Shown here piece by piece: positions 10,173 through 19,594 of a stretch of DNA of 64,000 nucleotides (the stretch's first letter is position 1; every line of letters begins with the position of its first letter). The stretch is from Verrucomicrobiaceae bacterium (GTDB taxonomy: Bacteria; Verrucomicrobiota; Verrucomicrobiia; Verrucomicrobiales; Akkermansiaceae), in the NCBI GenBank assembly GCA_051252135.1, contig JBPOGH010000006.1, forward strand, positions 1 to 64,000, given 5' to 3'. A program made the position numbers and the translations under genes. The notes under the pieces were generated by a model. The model worked only from the letters and a program-made list of their open reading frames with translations. It was not told the DNA's origin and ran no database searches.

Positions 10173-12662
10173 TTACGGACGTGGGGGCTCCACGCGGAAG
10201 AAGAGCTCGGTGGATCCCGGATTCGGATGGTCGAAGGTGAAGGTCGTTGATCCGTCCTGCCCGACCACTCCGTCAGCTACCTCGAAGTCCCAGTTGATGA
10301 GGTCTTGTGAGAGGTAGATGCTGTAAGGAGCATTGGTTCTGGAATTCCAGGTGAGGCTGAATTGTCCATTGTCTCCGGCCGATGGGTCGAAGGTGATGTC
10401 CGTAATGGCCAGTCCTGCGGCGTTTCCGAGAAGGTCACCGATGCTGTTGCCAAATCCTTCGTTGTAGATTTCGGCAATCTCATCGGTGGTGAGGGCGCGG
10501 CCCCAGACGGCGAGATCGTCGATCTTACCATTCCATTCCCGGTTGGTCCGGTTGGGGTTGGCTCCGATGAAGAGGTCGACGGTGAGACCACCATCGGAGG
10601 TATCGCTGATGGTGGGCGATGCGCCGGTGGCGATTTCGACACCATCGATGTAGATGGCGGTCATGCCCTGGGTGGCGTCCGAGGTGGCCACGATGTGGTG
10701 CCACTCATCATCCTCGATATCGGGTCCGGTCGTTGCGCCGGGAATGTCACCCGAGCCTCCGGCCCACGCGACGGTGGTCTCGGCAGCACGGCGTGCGAGG
10801 CGCCACTGGGCTCCTTCACCGTGAGCAATCACGGACTGCCAGTTTGAAGAGAAGGCGGGAACCTTGACCCAAGCGGAGACAGAGACGGCATTGTCGATTC
10901 CGCGAAGGGTGTCGACGCTGGCAGGGACGGTGACCCATCCTGCTCCGCCATTTTGCTCAAGAGCACTGTCGCCAAATTTTCCTTCGGCGGAATAGAAGAC
11001 ATCGGTGTCAGGGCCGGTGAAGGCACCAGCATCGGCGACCATGCTCTCACCGGGAAGGGTGTGGGCGACGTCGTCGAGGTTGTTATCGAAGTTCCAGTAG
11101 GCGACGAGTTTTTGGCCAAGTCCGCCGGTGAGTCCGTTGGCTACGGTGGGGTCCCGCTCGCCCGCGACTTCCGCTCCATCGTGGGTGCCATCGGCATCCG
11201 AGTCAGTTACAAGTGGGTCGGTTCCGGTGTCGGTGGCGCTGACGAAACTGTCAGGTCCGTTGTTGGTCTCGTGGCCGTCGAGGAGGCCATCACCATCGGA
11301 ATCCGGATCGAGGGGATCGGTGGTGTTGGTGATTTCAACGTTATCGTCCGAGAAGTCATCGTCGGTATCCTTTTTATTCGGGTGGGTTCCCAGGCCGAAC
11401 TCGGTGATGTTATCGATGGTGTCTTCATCGGGGTCGAGGGTGGTGTCGTCGACATTGGGATCGAGGCCGTGATCGATCTCGTAGCCATCGGGCATGGTGT
11501 CGGCGTCGGTGTCTGCGATAGTGGGATTGCTTCCGGTCTGGGTGGGGCTGACATTGGTGCCGCCGTTGTCCTCGACGCCATCCAAGAGTCCGTCACCGTC
11601 AGAGTCAGGATTGAGGGGGTCGGTTCCGGTATCGGTGGCGCTGACCCAGCTGTTTTCTCCGTTGTTGGTTTCGACTCCGTCTTTTAGTCCGTCGTCGTCG
11701 GTATCGTCGTCGTTGGGTTTGGTGCTGTTATTGAGCTCGTCGAGGTTGGTCACGTTGTCCGCGTCGGGATCGCCATTGGCTCCGTTGTTTGGATCGGTGG
11801 AGCCGTCATCATTGGGGTCGAGGCCGAATTGGATTTCCCAAGCATTGGGGAGTCCATCACCATCATCGTCTCCGGTGACGAGGAGGGAGGATAGGTCGCT
11901 TCCGGAGGCTCCGGTGTTGTAGATGTTTAGGACCTCGGCATCAGTGAGGGCGCGGTTCCACATGGCGACATCATCGATGAGGCCGTTCCACTCGCGACCG
12001 TTGGTGGGGTTGCAACCGATGCAGAGGAGGTTTTGTCCGTTTTCGTTGATGGGGCCGGTGCCGCCGGAGACCTCGAGGACGCCATCAAGGTAAAGCTTGG
12101 TGGAAGAGCCCTCAGTGATGGCGACGATATGGTGCCACGTGTCATCACCCGCAGGGCCATCTCCAATGGTGGAGGCGGTAAAAATGTCGGAGCTTGCTCC
12201 GCCGCCGGCGTAGGCGACCTGGACGGGGTTGTTGCCTCCGCGTAGGGCGAGGCGGTAGTCCTGACCTTCGCCGTGGGCGATGATGGCCTGCCAGTTGTTG
12301 TCACGATTTACGAGCTTGGCCCAAATCGAGATGGTGAGATCGGCGCCGGAGCGGTCGATGTCATTGGTGCCGGTATCGGGGTCCGGGATGGTGACGTTAT
12401 TTCCGGCACCACCGGGGAAATTTCCGGCTTTGCCGAACCCGGGGGCTTGTCCGTCGACGAAGGTGACGGTGCCGTTAAGGGTTCCGTCGTTGTCCGAAGT
12501 GCTGGCGGAGCCGGCTACGTCCGGGGCGACGTCTTCGACCTGATCGTCGAAATTCCAGTAGTTAATCAGACCGTTGATTAGGGTCTGTCCTTGAGCTAAT
12601 CCCGGTGACAGCAATAAGCCGGCGGCCAGAAAAAGGTTACGAGTGTGTGTGTGTATATTCAT
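10173..12662 (-). CDS. Secreted protein: two LamG-like (concanavalin A) domains around about 9 TSP3-like Ca-binding repeats, plus C-terminal FFRV domain
   Basis: Signal peptide from ATG 12662; YWNFD...WHHIVA...IDD.A.W.RAL twice; repeated DxDxDGLxDGxE. Confidence 0.88.
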   Translation of the reverse strand: MNIHTHTRNLFLAAGLLLSPGLAQGQTLINGLINYWNFDDQVEDVAPDVAGSASTSDNDGTLNGTVTFVDGQAPGFGKAGNFPGGAGNNVTIPDPDTGTNDIDRSGADLTISIWAKLVNRDNNWQAIIAHGEGQDYRLALRGGNNPVQVAYAGGGASSDIFTASTIGDGPAGDDTWHHIVAITEGSSTKLYLDGVLEVSGGTGPINENGQNLLCIGCNPTNGREWNGLIDDVAMWNRALTDAEVLNIYNTGASGSDLSSLLVTGDDDGDGLPNAWEIQFGLDPNDDGSTDPNNGANGDPDADNVTNLDELNNSTKPNDDDTDDDGLKDGVETNNGENSWVSATDTGTDPLNPDSDGDGLLDGVEDNGGTNVSPTQTGSNPTIADTDADTMPDGYEIDHGLDPNVDDTTLDPDEDTIDNITEFGLGTHPNKKDTDDDFSDDNVEITNTTDPLDPDSDGDGLLDGHETNNGPDSFVSATDTGTDPLVTDSDADGTHDGAEVAGERDPTVANGLTGGLGQKLVAYWNFDNNLDDVAHTLPGESMVADAGAFTGPDTDVFYSAEGKFGDSALEQNGGAGWVTVPASVDTLRGIDNAVSVSAWVKVPAFSSNWQSVIAHGEGAQWRLARRAAETTVAWAGGSGDIPGATTGPDIEDDEWHHIVATSDATQGMTAIYIDGVEIATGASPTISDTSDGGLTVDLFIGANPNRTNREWNGKIDDLAVWGRALTTDEIAEIYNEGFGNSIGDLLGNAAGLAITDITFDPSAGDNGQFSLTWNSRTNAPYSIYLSQDLINWDFEVADGVVGQDGSTTFTFDHPNPGSTELFFRVEPPRP

Positions 12663-12765
12663 AGTATGGTCCCTCCCATAATTGAGACTAAACGCGAGGC
12701 TAGCGTTTTGGATTTTCAGGGCAAGGAATTTGGTGGGCGTGCACGAAATTGCCGAGGGGTTTCTT

Positions 12766-14055
12766 TCAAGAATCGTGATCGGTGATCGAGAAGACGCGGG
12801 CTCCGGGTTTATCGAAGAGGTAGGTGAAGGCCCAGGAGGTGAGGACGGCGATTTTATTACGATATCCGACGAGGAAGGCGATGTGGATGAAGAGCCAGGC
12901 GAGCCAGGCGGGGAAGCCGCGGAGGTTGAGGCGATTGGCTTCGGCGACGGCGGCGTTTTTACCGATGATGGCCATGATTCCCTTGTCCCGGTAGGTGAAG
13001 GCGGGGCGGAGATCCTGATAGCGATCAGCGAAGCGGGTTTTTTGGAGGCGGAGGTCTTCTTTGAGGACCTTGGCGATGTGTTGGCCCATTTGGAGGGCGG
13101 CGGGAGCGAGGCCGGGGACTTCTTTGCCCTGGTGATCGATGATTTTGACGAGGTCGCCGGCGGCGAAGATGTGGGGATGCCCGGGAAGGGAGAGATTGGG
13201 GGTGGCTTCGAGGCGGCCTCCGCGGTCGCGCGGGCAATCGAGGTCCCGGGTGAGGGAGGTGGCCTGGACGCCGGCGGCCCAGATGATGGTTTCGGCCTCG
13301 ATCCAGCGGTCGTCATTGAGGTGGACGCGGCGGTCCTGGACGTCATCGACGCGGGGGCCGAGGATGACTTCGACGCCGAGGGCTTCGAGTCGTTGGCGGG
13401 TGTATTCGGAGTGAGCGGGGGTGAAGGGCTTGAGGACGCGGTCGCCCGATTGGATGAGGCAGACGCGGAGATTTTGGGGGTCGATGTTTCTGAAATCGGC
13501 CTTGAGGGCGCGGCGGACGAGATCGGAGAAGGCACCGGCGAGTTCGACTCCGGTGGGGCCGCCGCCGACGATGACGACGGACATGAGTCTTTTTTGTTCG
13601 AGGGGGTCGTGGGAACGCTCGGCCTGTTCGAGGGCGTGGAGGACGCGGTGGCGAATGGAGCGGGCGTCCTTGAGGGATTTGAGTCCGATGGAGTGTTGGG
13701 CCCAGTGGTCGTTTCCGAAGTAGGAGGTTTTGGCACCGGTGGCGATGACGAGGGAGTCGTAGGGGTAGGAAGCGGCGGCGGAGCGGATTTCCTTTTTTTC
13801 GGGGTCGATGGTGGTGATTTCATCGAGGAGGACGGAGACGTTTTTGGCCTCGGTGAGGATGGCGCGGAGGGATCGTGCGATATCAGGTGCGGAGAGGGCG
13901 GCGGTGGCGACCTGATAGAGGAGGGGCTGGAAGAGGTGGTGGTTTTCGCGGTCGAAGAGCGTGATTTTGAATCGGGAGTCGTTGGCGAGGGAGCGGGCGC
14001 AGTTGAGGCCGGCAAAGCCGCCGCCGATGATGAGGACGCGATGGGGAGAGGACAC
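12766..14055 (-). CDS. ndh: Type II NADH dehydrogenase (NDH-2)
   Basis: GGGFAG, HLFQPLLYQVAT, GGGPTGVELAG, AALQMG, AWLAWLFIH. Confidence 0.92.
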   Translation of the reverse strand: MSSPHRVLIIGGGFAGLNCARSLANDSRFKITLFDRENHHLFQPLLYQVATAALSAPDIARSLRAILTEAKNVSVLLDEITTIDPEKKEIRSAAASYPYDSLVIATGAKTSYFGNDHWAQHSIGLKSLKDARSIRHRVLHALEQAERSHDPLEQKRLMSVVIVGGGPTGVELAGAFSDLVRRALKADFRNIDPQNLRVCLIQSGDRVLKPFTPAHSEYTRQRLEALGVEVILGPRVDDVQDRRVHLNDDRWIEAETIIWAAGVQATSLTRDLDCPRDRGGRLEATPNLSLPGHPHIFAAGDLVKIIDHQGKEVPGLAPAALQMGQHIAKVLKEDLRLQKTRFADRYQDLRPAFTYRDKGIMAIIGKNAAVAEANRLNLRGFPAWLAWLFIHIAFLVGYRNKIAVLTSWAFTYLFDKPGARVFSITDHDS

Positions 14056-14139
14056 GGGGGAGGTTAGCTGTGATTGGGGTGGATTCCACTGCGAATTGGG
14101 GGTTGGGGAATTCTTTCGCTTGCGAGCGATCTGGCGAGG

Positions 14140-14155
14140 TGGCATTGATGGTGCA
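14140..14155 (+). promoter_or_regulatory. Putative sigma54 (-24/-12) promoter
   Basis: TGGCATTGATGGTGCA with exact GG-N10-GC spacing, in an intergenic region. Confidence 0.6.
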
Positions 14156-14166
14156 TGAAATTGTCG

Positions 14167-14285
14167 ATTAGTAACCATGCGCTGCCCCTGAGATTAGGGG
14201 ATGGTCCGTCCTTTGTTCGTTGTCTTTCCTGTTGGCTGGTGTCCTAGGGGGCCGGTCAGGATCGCGTGTGAGCGTGATTCTTTCA
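14167..14285 (+). ncRNA. Candidate sRNA or structured leader upstream of recJ
   Basis: Three hairpins, a pyrimidine-rich linker and a GUGA-loop terminal hairpin, downstream of a sigma54 motif. Confidence 0.4.
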
Positions 14286-14305
14286 ACTTGTGAAATTGCG
14301 AACCT

Positions 14306-16012
14306 GTGAGTCAGGAGGATGTTGAAGTGGAGTGGATTCTTCGGGAGGTTCCCGAAGGGTGGGAGGAGTTGATGCAGGAGGGGATGCCTCGAATCCTGGG
14401 TAAGCTCCTTGCCCAACGGGGAGTGACGGCGCCCGATGTGCAGAGTTTTTTGAAGCCCCGATTGGCCGAGCTTTCCGATCCCTTTGAGATCGAGGAGATG
14501 GATTTGGCGGTGGAGCGGATTTTTCTGGCGGTGGATGCCGGAGAGAAGGTGTGTGTCTACGGAGACTATGATGTGGATGGGGTGACATCGATCACTTTGC
14601 TGCAGACGATCCTGATGGCTTACGGGCTGGAGGTGGAGGCGTTTATTCCCCGCCGAAGCACGGAGGGATACGGGCTGAGCAAGGCGGGGGTGGAGCGGTG
14701 TCTTTCCGAGAATGGGGAGCCCGGTTTGTTGGTGACGGTGGATTGCGGGACGGTTTCCAATGATGCGATCGCGTCACTGAAGGAGCGTGGGATTGATACG
14801 GTGGTGGTGGACCATCATGAGATGGGGCAGCGTGGGCGACCGGATTGTGTGGCGTTGGTGAATCCGAAGGCGTCGGGTGACGAGCGGAGTTACCTTTGTG
14901 CGGCGGGGGTGGTGTTTAAGTTGGCTCATGCGCTGTTGAAGCAACGGCCGCTGGAGAATTTTGATTTGAAGGATGTTCTTGATCTGGTGGCGGTGGCGAC
15001 CATTTCCGACATTGTGCCTTTGGTTGACGAGAACCGGCTTTTGGTGCGTCACGGGTTGCGAAGTCTGGAGAAATCGGCGCGGCCGGGATTGGATGCCTTG
15101 TTGAAGTTGGCGGGTGTGGATGGCCGGTTGAGCAGTGCGGATGTGGGGTTCCGGATTGGTCCGAGGTTGAATGCGGCGGGTCGAATGGATCAACCGGAGC
15201 AGGCGCTGGCGACGTTGATGACGGAATGTCCGGACGAGGCGAAGTCGCTCGCGCAGGATCTGGAGGATTTCAACCGATCGCGTCAGGCGGTGGAGCAGCA
15301 GATTTTTGCGGAAGCGATGGAGATGTTGGACGGGGATGAGATTGAGACGGATGGTCCGGTGATTGTGGTGGGGTCACGCAAGTGGCATGCGGGGGTGGTG
15401 GGGATTGTGGCGTCACGGCTGATGCGAATGTATCACAAGCCGACCTTTGTGATTTCGATCGATGAGTCGGGAGTGGGGAAGGGGAGCGGGCGGAGTATCG
15501 AGGGGGTTTCGTTGGTGGAGGCGATCACGAAGTGCGGCGAGCATCTCATTGCGGGTGGCGGGCATCATATGGCGGCGGGATTGAGCATTCAGGAGGATTC
15601 GATCAAGCCGTTCCGTGAGGCGTTTTCAAAGTATGTGAGTGAAGATTGCCGCGGGAAGGATTTGCGTCCCAAGATCTACCTTGATGCGGAGGTGGAGTTG
15701 GGTGAGTTGAGTCTGCAATTTCTGGACAAGTATGATTTGCTTCAGCCCTTCGGGAGTGCGAATCCGCAGCCGGTCTTTATGGCGAAGGGGGTGTGGTTGA
15801 CGGAGCCGCCGAGGCGGTTGAAGAACAATCACCTGCGGTTGTTTTTGCGGCAGAATTTTGATGAGCGGGATGCGATCTTCTTTGGAGGAGGGGCGAATCA
15901 GCTTCCCGATCCTCCGTGGGATATTGCGTTTACAATTGATCGAAATGTGTTCCGGGGGCGGGCCAGTCTTCAGATCAGCATTCAACGGGTTCGGGCCTCT
16001 GTCGATGGGTGA
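14306..16012 (+). CDS. recJ: ssDNA-specific exonuclease RecJ
   Basis: YGDYDVDG, TVDCG, DHH, PRLNAAGR, GSGRS, GGHHMAAG. Confidence 0.97.
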   Translation: MSQEDVEVEWILREVPEGWEELMQEGMPRILGKLLAQRGVTAPDVQSFLKPRLAELSDPFEIEEMDLAVERIFLAVDAGEKVCVYGDYDVDGVTSITLLQTILMAYGLEVEAFIPRRSTEGYGLSKAGVERCLSENGEPGLLVTVDCGTVSNDAIASLKERGIDTVVVDHHEMGQRGRPDCVALVNPKASGDERSYLCAAGVVFKLAHALLKQRPLENFDLKDVLDLVAVATISDIVPLVDENRLLVRHGLRSLEKSARPGLDALLKLAGVDGRLSSADVGFRIGPRLNAAGRMDQPEQALATLMTECPDEAKSLAQDLEDFNRSRQAVEQQIFAEAMEMLDGDEIETDGPVIVVGSRKWHAGVVGIVASRLMRMYHKPTFVISIDESGVGKGSGRSIEGVSLVEAITKCGEHLIAGGGHHMAAGLSIQEDSIKPFREAFSKYVSEDCRGKDLRPKIYLDAEVELGELSLQFLDKYDLLQPFGSANPQPVFMAKGVWLTEPPRRLKNNHLRLFLRQNFDERDAIFFGGGANQLPDPPWDIAFTIDRNVFRGRASLQISIQRVRASVDG

Positions 16013-18012
16013 TGAGGGGGATTGACGAGCTGCTCTTTTTGAAGGGGCGTGAAGTGGAGGCGCTGAAGGCGGCGGGGTTTGGCGGGGTGGCGGATGTGCT
16101 GGATTGGTTGCCGAAGCGGTATGAGGATCGCCGGCGTTTTGATGCGTTTCCGGCGCAGGCGGGCGGGCCGGCGGTGTGCTTGCGCGGGAGGGTGCTGGAT
16201 ACGCAGCGGAAGGGATTCGGGGGGCGGGGGTTTTATGAGGCGGTGGTTGAGGATCACGGTGGAGGAGGGTTTTCGAGGATTACGTGCCGGTGGTTTAACA
16301 TGCCTTTTTTGCATAAGATGCTGGCGGCGGGGCACGAGGTGGTTCTTTACGGGAAGCCGAAGGAGAGCGGTGGGGCGGTGGTGATTGATCATCCGGAGTT
16401 CGAGGTGGTGAGGGAGGAGGCGGGGGATTCGATTCATCTGGAGCGGTTGGTGCCGATTTACAAGAATGTGAGCGGGATTCCGCAGCGGCGTTTGCGGGAG
16501 ATTATTTTTGCGACGCTGGAAGTGGTTGAGCCGGAGGAGGTGGCGGCTTTGTACGATGTGGATCGTAGTTACCCGAGGGTGGAGGCGTATCGGGAGGCGC
16601 ATTTTCCCGGGGAGATGATGCAGGCGGATGCGGCGCGGCGTTATTTTGCGAAGGAGGAGTTTTTTTTACAGCAGTTGCGGGTGGTGTGGCGTCGGGCGCG
16701 GAGTCAGGAGATGACGGGTCGGGTTCTGGGGCGAAGGACGAGGCTGCTGAAGGAATTTTACGAGTCGCTGCCGTTTGATCTGACGGGGGCGCAGAAGAGA
16801 AGTGTGAGGGAGATTGTGGCGGACATGCGGATGGGGCGTCCGATGAACCGGTTGTTGCAGGGGGATGTGGGGAGCGGGAAGACCTTTGTGGCGATGTGTG
16901 CGATGTTGCTGGCGGTGGATTCGGGGGCGCAGGCGGCCTTGATGGCGCCGACGCAGATTCTGGCGGAGCAGCATTTTCTGACGTTTTCCAAATGGCTGGA
17001 GCCGCTGGGAGTGAAGGTGGGGTTGGCGACGGCGGATCGGCGGGAGGAAATTCAGGAGGCGCAGATCATTATTGGGACGCATGCCTTGCTTTACGATCGG
17101 GTGGAGTTTGAGGATTTGGGATTGGTGGTGATTGACGAGCAGCACAAATTCGGGGTGACGCAGCGGGGGCGGTTGATTCAGCGCGGGGTGATGCCGGATG
17201 TGCTGGTGATGACGGCGACGCCGATTCCGCGGACCTTGACCTTGACGATTTACGGTGACCTGGATGTTTCGGTGTTGGATGAGTTGCCGGCGGGTCGGGG
17301 GAAGATTGTTTCGGGGGTGCGGGTGAAGCCGAAGGTGTCCGAGATGACGAAGTTTTTGCTGGAGCAGCTGGAGGAGGGGCGGCAGTTGTATTTGGTTTAT
17401 CCGTTGGTGGAGGAGAGTGAGTCGATCAAGGCGGCATCGGCGGTGGCGGAGCATCCGAAGTGGGTGAAGCGGTTTAAGCATTTCGAGGTGGGCCTGTTGC
17501 ACGGGAAGATGGCTTCGGAGGAAAAGGATGCGGTGATGTCGAATTTTCGGGATGGGAAGATTGAGGTGCTGGTGGCGACAACGGTGGTGGAGGTGGGGGT
17601 GGATGTGCCGAATGCAAATGTGATGGTGATTTTTAATGCGGAGCGTTTTGGGCTGGCCCAGTTGCATCAATTACGGGGCCGGATCGGGAGGGGAGAGCAT
17701 AAGAGTTATTGTGTGCTGGTGACGGATGGAAAGAGTGCGGATGCGCTGGAGAAGCTCAACATTTTGGCTGATACGCTGGATGGGTTCAAGATTGCGGAGG
17801 AGGATTTGCGGTTGCGGGGGCCGGGTGAAGTTTTGGGAACGCAGCAGAGCGGGGTGGGTGGGCTTCGGTTCGTGGAATATTTGGCTGATACCGGTTTGAT
17901 TCGGGAAGCGCGGGAGGTGGCGGAGGAGGTGTTGCGTGATGATCCGAAGCTGGAGAAGAATCCGAAGCTGAAGGAGTGGGCGATGGCGGAGGGTGGGATT
18001 GAGATGAGTTAG
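16012..18012 (+). CDS. recG: ATP-dependent DNA helicase RecG
   Basis: LQGDVGSGKT, DEQHKFG, TATPIPRTL, QLHQLRGRIGRG, DLRLRGPGE; start overlaps recJ stop (TGATG). Confidence 0.97.
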   Translation: MRGIDELLFLKGREVEALKAAGFGGVADVLDWLPKRYEDRRRFDAFPAQAGGPAVCLRGRVLDTQRKGFGGRGFYEAVVEDHGGGGFSRITCRWFNMPFLHKMLAAGHEVVLYGKPKESGGAVVIDHPEFEVVREEAGDSIHLERLVPIYKNVSGIPQRRLREIIFATLEVVEPEEVAALYDVDRSYPRVEAYREAHFPGEMMQADAARRYFAKEEFFLQQLRVVWRRARSQEMTGRVLGRRTRLLKEFYESLPFDLTGAQKRSVREIVADMRMGRPMNRLLQGDVGSGKTFVAMCAMLLAVDSGAQAALMAPTQILAEQHFLTFSKWLEPLGVKVGLATADRREEIQEAQIIIGTHALLYDRVEFEDLGLVVIDEQHKFGVTQRGRLIQRGVMPDVLVMTATPIPRTLTLTIYGDLDVSVLDELPAGRGKIVSGVRVKPKVSEMTKFLLEQLEEGRQLYLVYPLVEESESIKAASAVAEHPKWVKRFKHFEVGLLHGKMASEEKDAVMSNFRDGKIEVLVATTVVEVGVDVPNANVMVIFNAERFGLAQLHQLRGRIGRGEHKSYCVLVTDGKSADALEKLNILADTLDGFKIAEEDLRLRGPGEVLGTQQSGVGGLRFVEYLADTGLIREAREVAEEVLRDDPKLEKNPKLKEWAMAEGGIEMS

Positions 18013-18025
18013 GGCGAGGGGGATA

Positions 18026-18057
18026 AAAAAAAGACCGCAGGCGAACCTGCGGTCTTT
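18026..18057. terminator. Bidirectional intrinsic terminator
   Basis: AAAAAAAGACCGCAGG-CGAA-CCTGCGGTCTTT. Confidence 0.85.
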
Positions 18058-18078
18058 GGTGAATTCCAGAAAGGTGGA

Positions 18079-19452
18079 TTAGTCGGTGTAAGCGGGAGCT
18101 CCGTGCTCTGCGACGTCCAGACCTTCGTGCTCTTCCTCGGCGCTGACGCGCACTCCGCAGATTGCTTTGCCTGCGATGAAGAGGATGAGAGAGAAGATGA
18201 AGGCGAAGGCGTAGACAGCGACCACTCCGATGAGCTGGGAAACGAAGCTGAAGTCGTTTCCTTCGGTTGCGAAGAATACGAGGGAGATCGTTCCCCAGAT
18301 TCCGCAAACTCCGTGAACGGAGATGGCACCTACAGGATCGTCCATCTTGATCTTATCGAAGAAGAGGATGGAGAAGACAACGAGGATACCACCGACAGCG
18401 CCCATGGCAACGGCACCCCAAGGACCGACGACGTCGGCTCCAGCGGTGATGGAGACAAGACCAGCGAGGAGGCCGTTGAGGGCCATTGAGAGGTCTGGCT
18501 TCTTGAGGACAATCATCGAAGTGGCGATGGAAGCGACGGCTCCAGCAGCAGCAGCGAGGGCCGTGGTGGTGAAGACAAGTCCGAGTGGCCCAGGAGCGGC
18601 AGAGAGGACCGAGCCTCCGTTGAATCCGAACCATCCGAAGAAGAGGAGGAAGACTCCAATTGCAGCGAGCGGCATGCTGTGACCGAGGATGGGCTTCACG
18701 CCATTTGCGGTGTATTTGCCGGCACGAGGTCCGAGGATCATGACTGCTGCGAGAGCGGCTGCGCCACCAAATCCGTGAACGACGGTTGATCCGGCGAAGT
18801 CCTTGAAGGGAACTTCAAGAGCGGAGAGGAATCCGCCACCCCAGTGCCATGAACCGGCGACCGTGTATCCAACTGCAACGAGGATCGTTGAGTAGATCAT
18901 GAAAAACCCGAGTTTGATCCGTTCAGCGACTGCGCCGGAGACGATCGTAGCAGCGGTGGCTGCAAACATGGCCTGGAAGATGAAGTCACCATATCCGGTC
19001 ATGGCAAGGGCAACTCCGCCATAGGCGAAGGTGTCACCGCCATCAGCATTTAGGTCACCAATGGGGCCATTGATGCCGAGGATGCCGGGAATCTGCCAGC
19101 TGTCGACAGGGTAGTGTGTGTTGAAACCCATGATGGCATAAGTCAGAAGACCGATGCTGATGATCCACACGTTCTTAAACAGGATGTTAACGGTGTTTTT
19201 CTTCTGGGTCAGTCCGGACTCGAGAGTCGCGAATCCGAGGTGCATGATGAAGACCATTGCGGCGGCAATGACCGTCCAGAGCATGGAAGTTGTGAAGAAA
19301 TCGAAGGCGTAGGCGGCGTCGCCCTGACCTGCGAGGAGTTCTTCGTAGCCGGCTTTGGTTTCATCCACGACCTCTTCCTGGGCAAAGACATTCGTTATTG
19401 TAACGAATGGCGCAGCCAGCCAGAGGAGTGGTGTTTTCTTTTGTGGGATCAT
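18079..19452 (-). CDS. amtB: Ammonium transporter (Amt family)
   Basis: MHLGFATLESG, FQAMFAATAATIVSGAVAER, DFAGSTVVH, GWFGFNGGS, DDPVGAISVHG. Confidence 0.95.
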   Translation of the reverse strand: MIPQKKTPLLWLAAPFVTITNVFAQEEVVDETKAGYEELLAGQGDAAYAFDFFTTSMLWTVIAAAMVFIMHLGFATLESGLTQKKNTVNILFKNVWIISIGLLTYAIMGFNTHYPVDSWQIPGILGINGPIGDLNADGGDTFAYGGVALAMTGYGDFIFQAMFAATAATIVSGAVAERIKLGFFMIYSTILVAVGYTVAGSWHWGGGFLSALEVPFKDFAGSTVVHGFGGAAALAAVMILGPRAGKYTANGVKPILGHSMPLAAIGVFLLFFGWFGFNGGSVLSAAPGPLGLVFTTTALAAAAGAVASIATSMIVLKKPDLSMALNGLLAGLVSITAGADVVGPWGAVAMGAVGGILVVFSILFFDKIKMDDPVGAISVHGVCGIWGTISLVFFATEGNDFSFVSQLIGVVAVYAFAFIFSLILFIAGKAICGVRVSAEEEHEGLDVAEHGAPAYTD

Positions 19453-19489
19453 TCTTTTACTTTGGTTTGGGTTGAATCCGAACGGACTG

Positions 19490-19505
19490 AGCAACGGGTA
19501 TGCCA
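19490..19505 (-). promoter_or_regulatory. sigma54 promoter for the leftward amtB
   Basis: Minus strand TGGCATACCCGTTGCT, near-consensus. Confidence 0.85.
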
Positions 19506-19512
19506 CCGACGC

Positions 19513-19527
19513 ATGAATGGGATTCAT
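19513..19527. promoter_or_regulatory. Palindromic operator-like site between the two sigma54 promoters
   Basis: ATGAAT-GGG-ATTCAT perfect inverted repeat. Confidence 0.55.
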
Positions 19528-19530
19528 ACT

Positions 19531-19546
19531 TGGCATGAAAGGTGCT
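19531..19546 (+). promoter_or_regulatory. sigma54 promoter for the rightward amtB
   Basis: TGGCATGAAAGGTGCT, GG-N10-GC. Confidence 0.75.
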
Positions 19547-19594
19547 CCGGGCTCTGCCAAGGCACTGAAATGAGTGCTGAAAAACAACGAATTC

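Noticed and set aside
12740..12754. sigma54-like CGGCAATTTCGTGCA (minus) upstream of the LamG gene
   Set aside because: Spacing is GG-N9-GC, one base short
12663..14015. N-terminal 450-aa extension of the 1280-aa ORF
   Set aside because: Pro/Ser-rich alternative frame over ndh; the real protein starts at the signal peptide at ATG 12662
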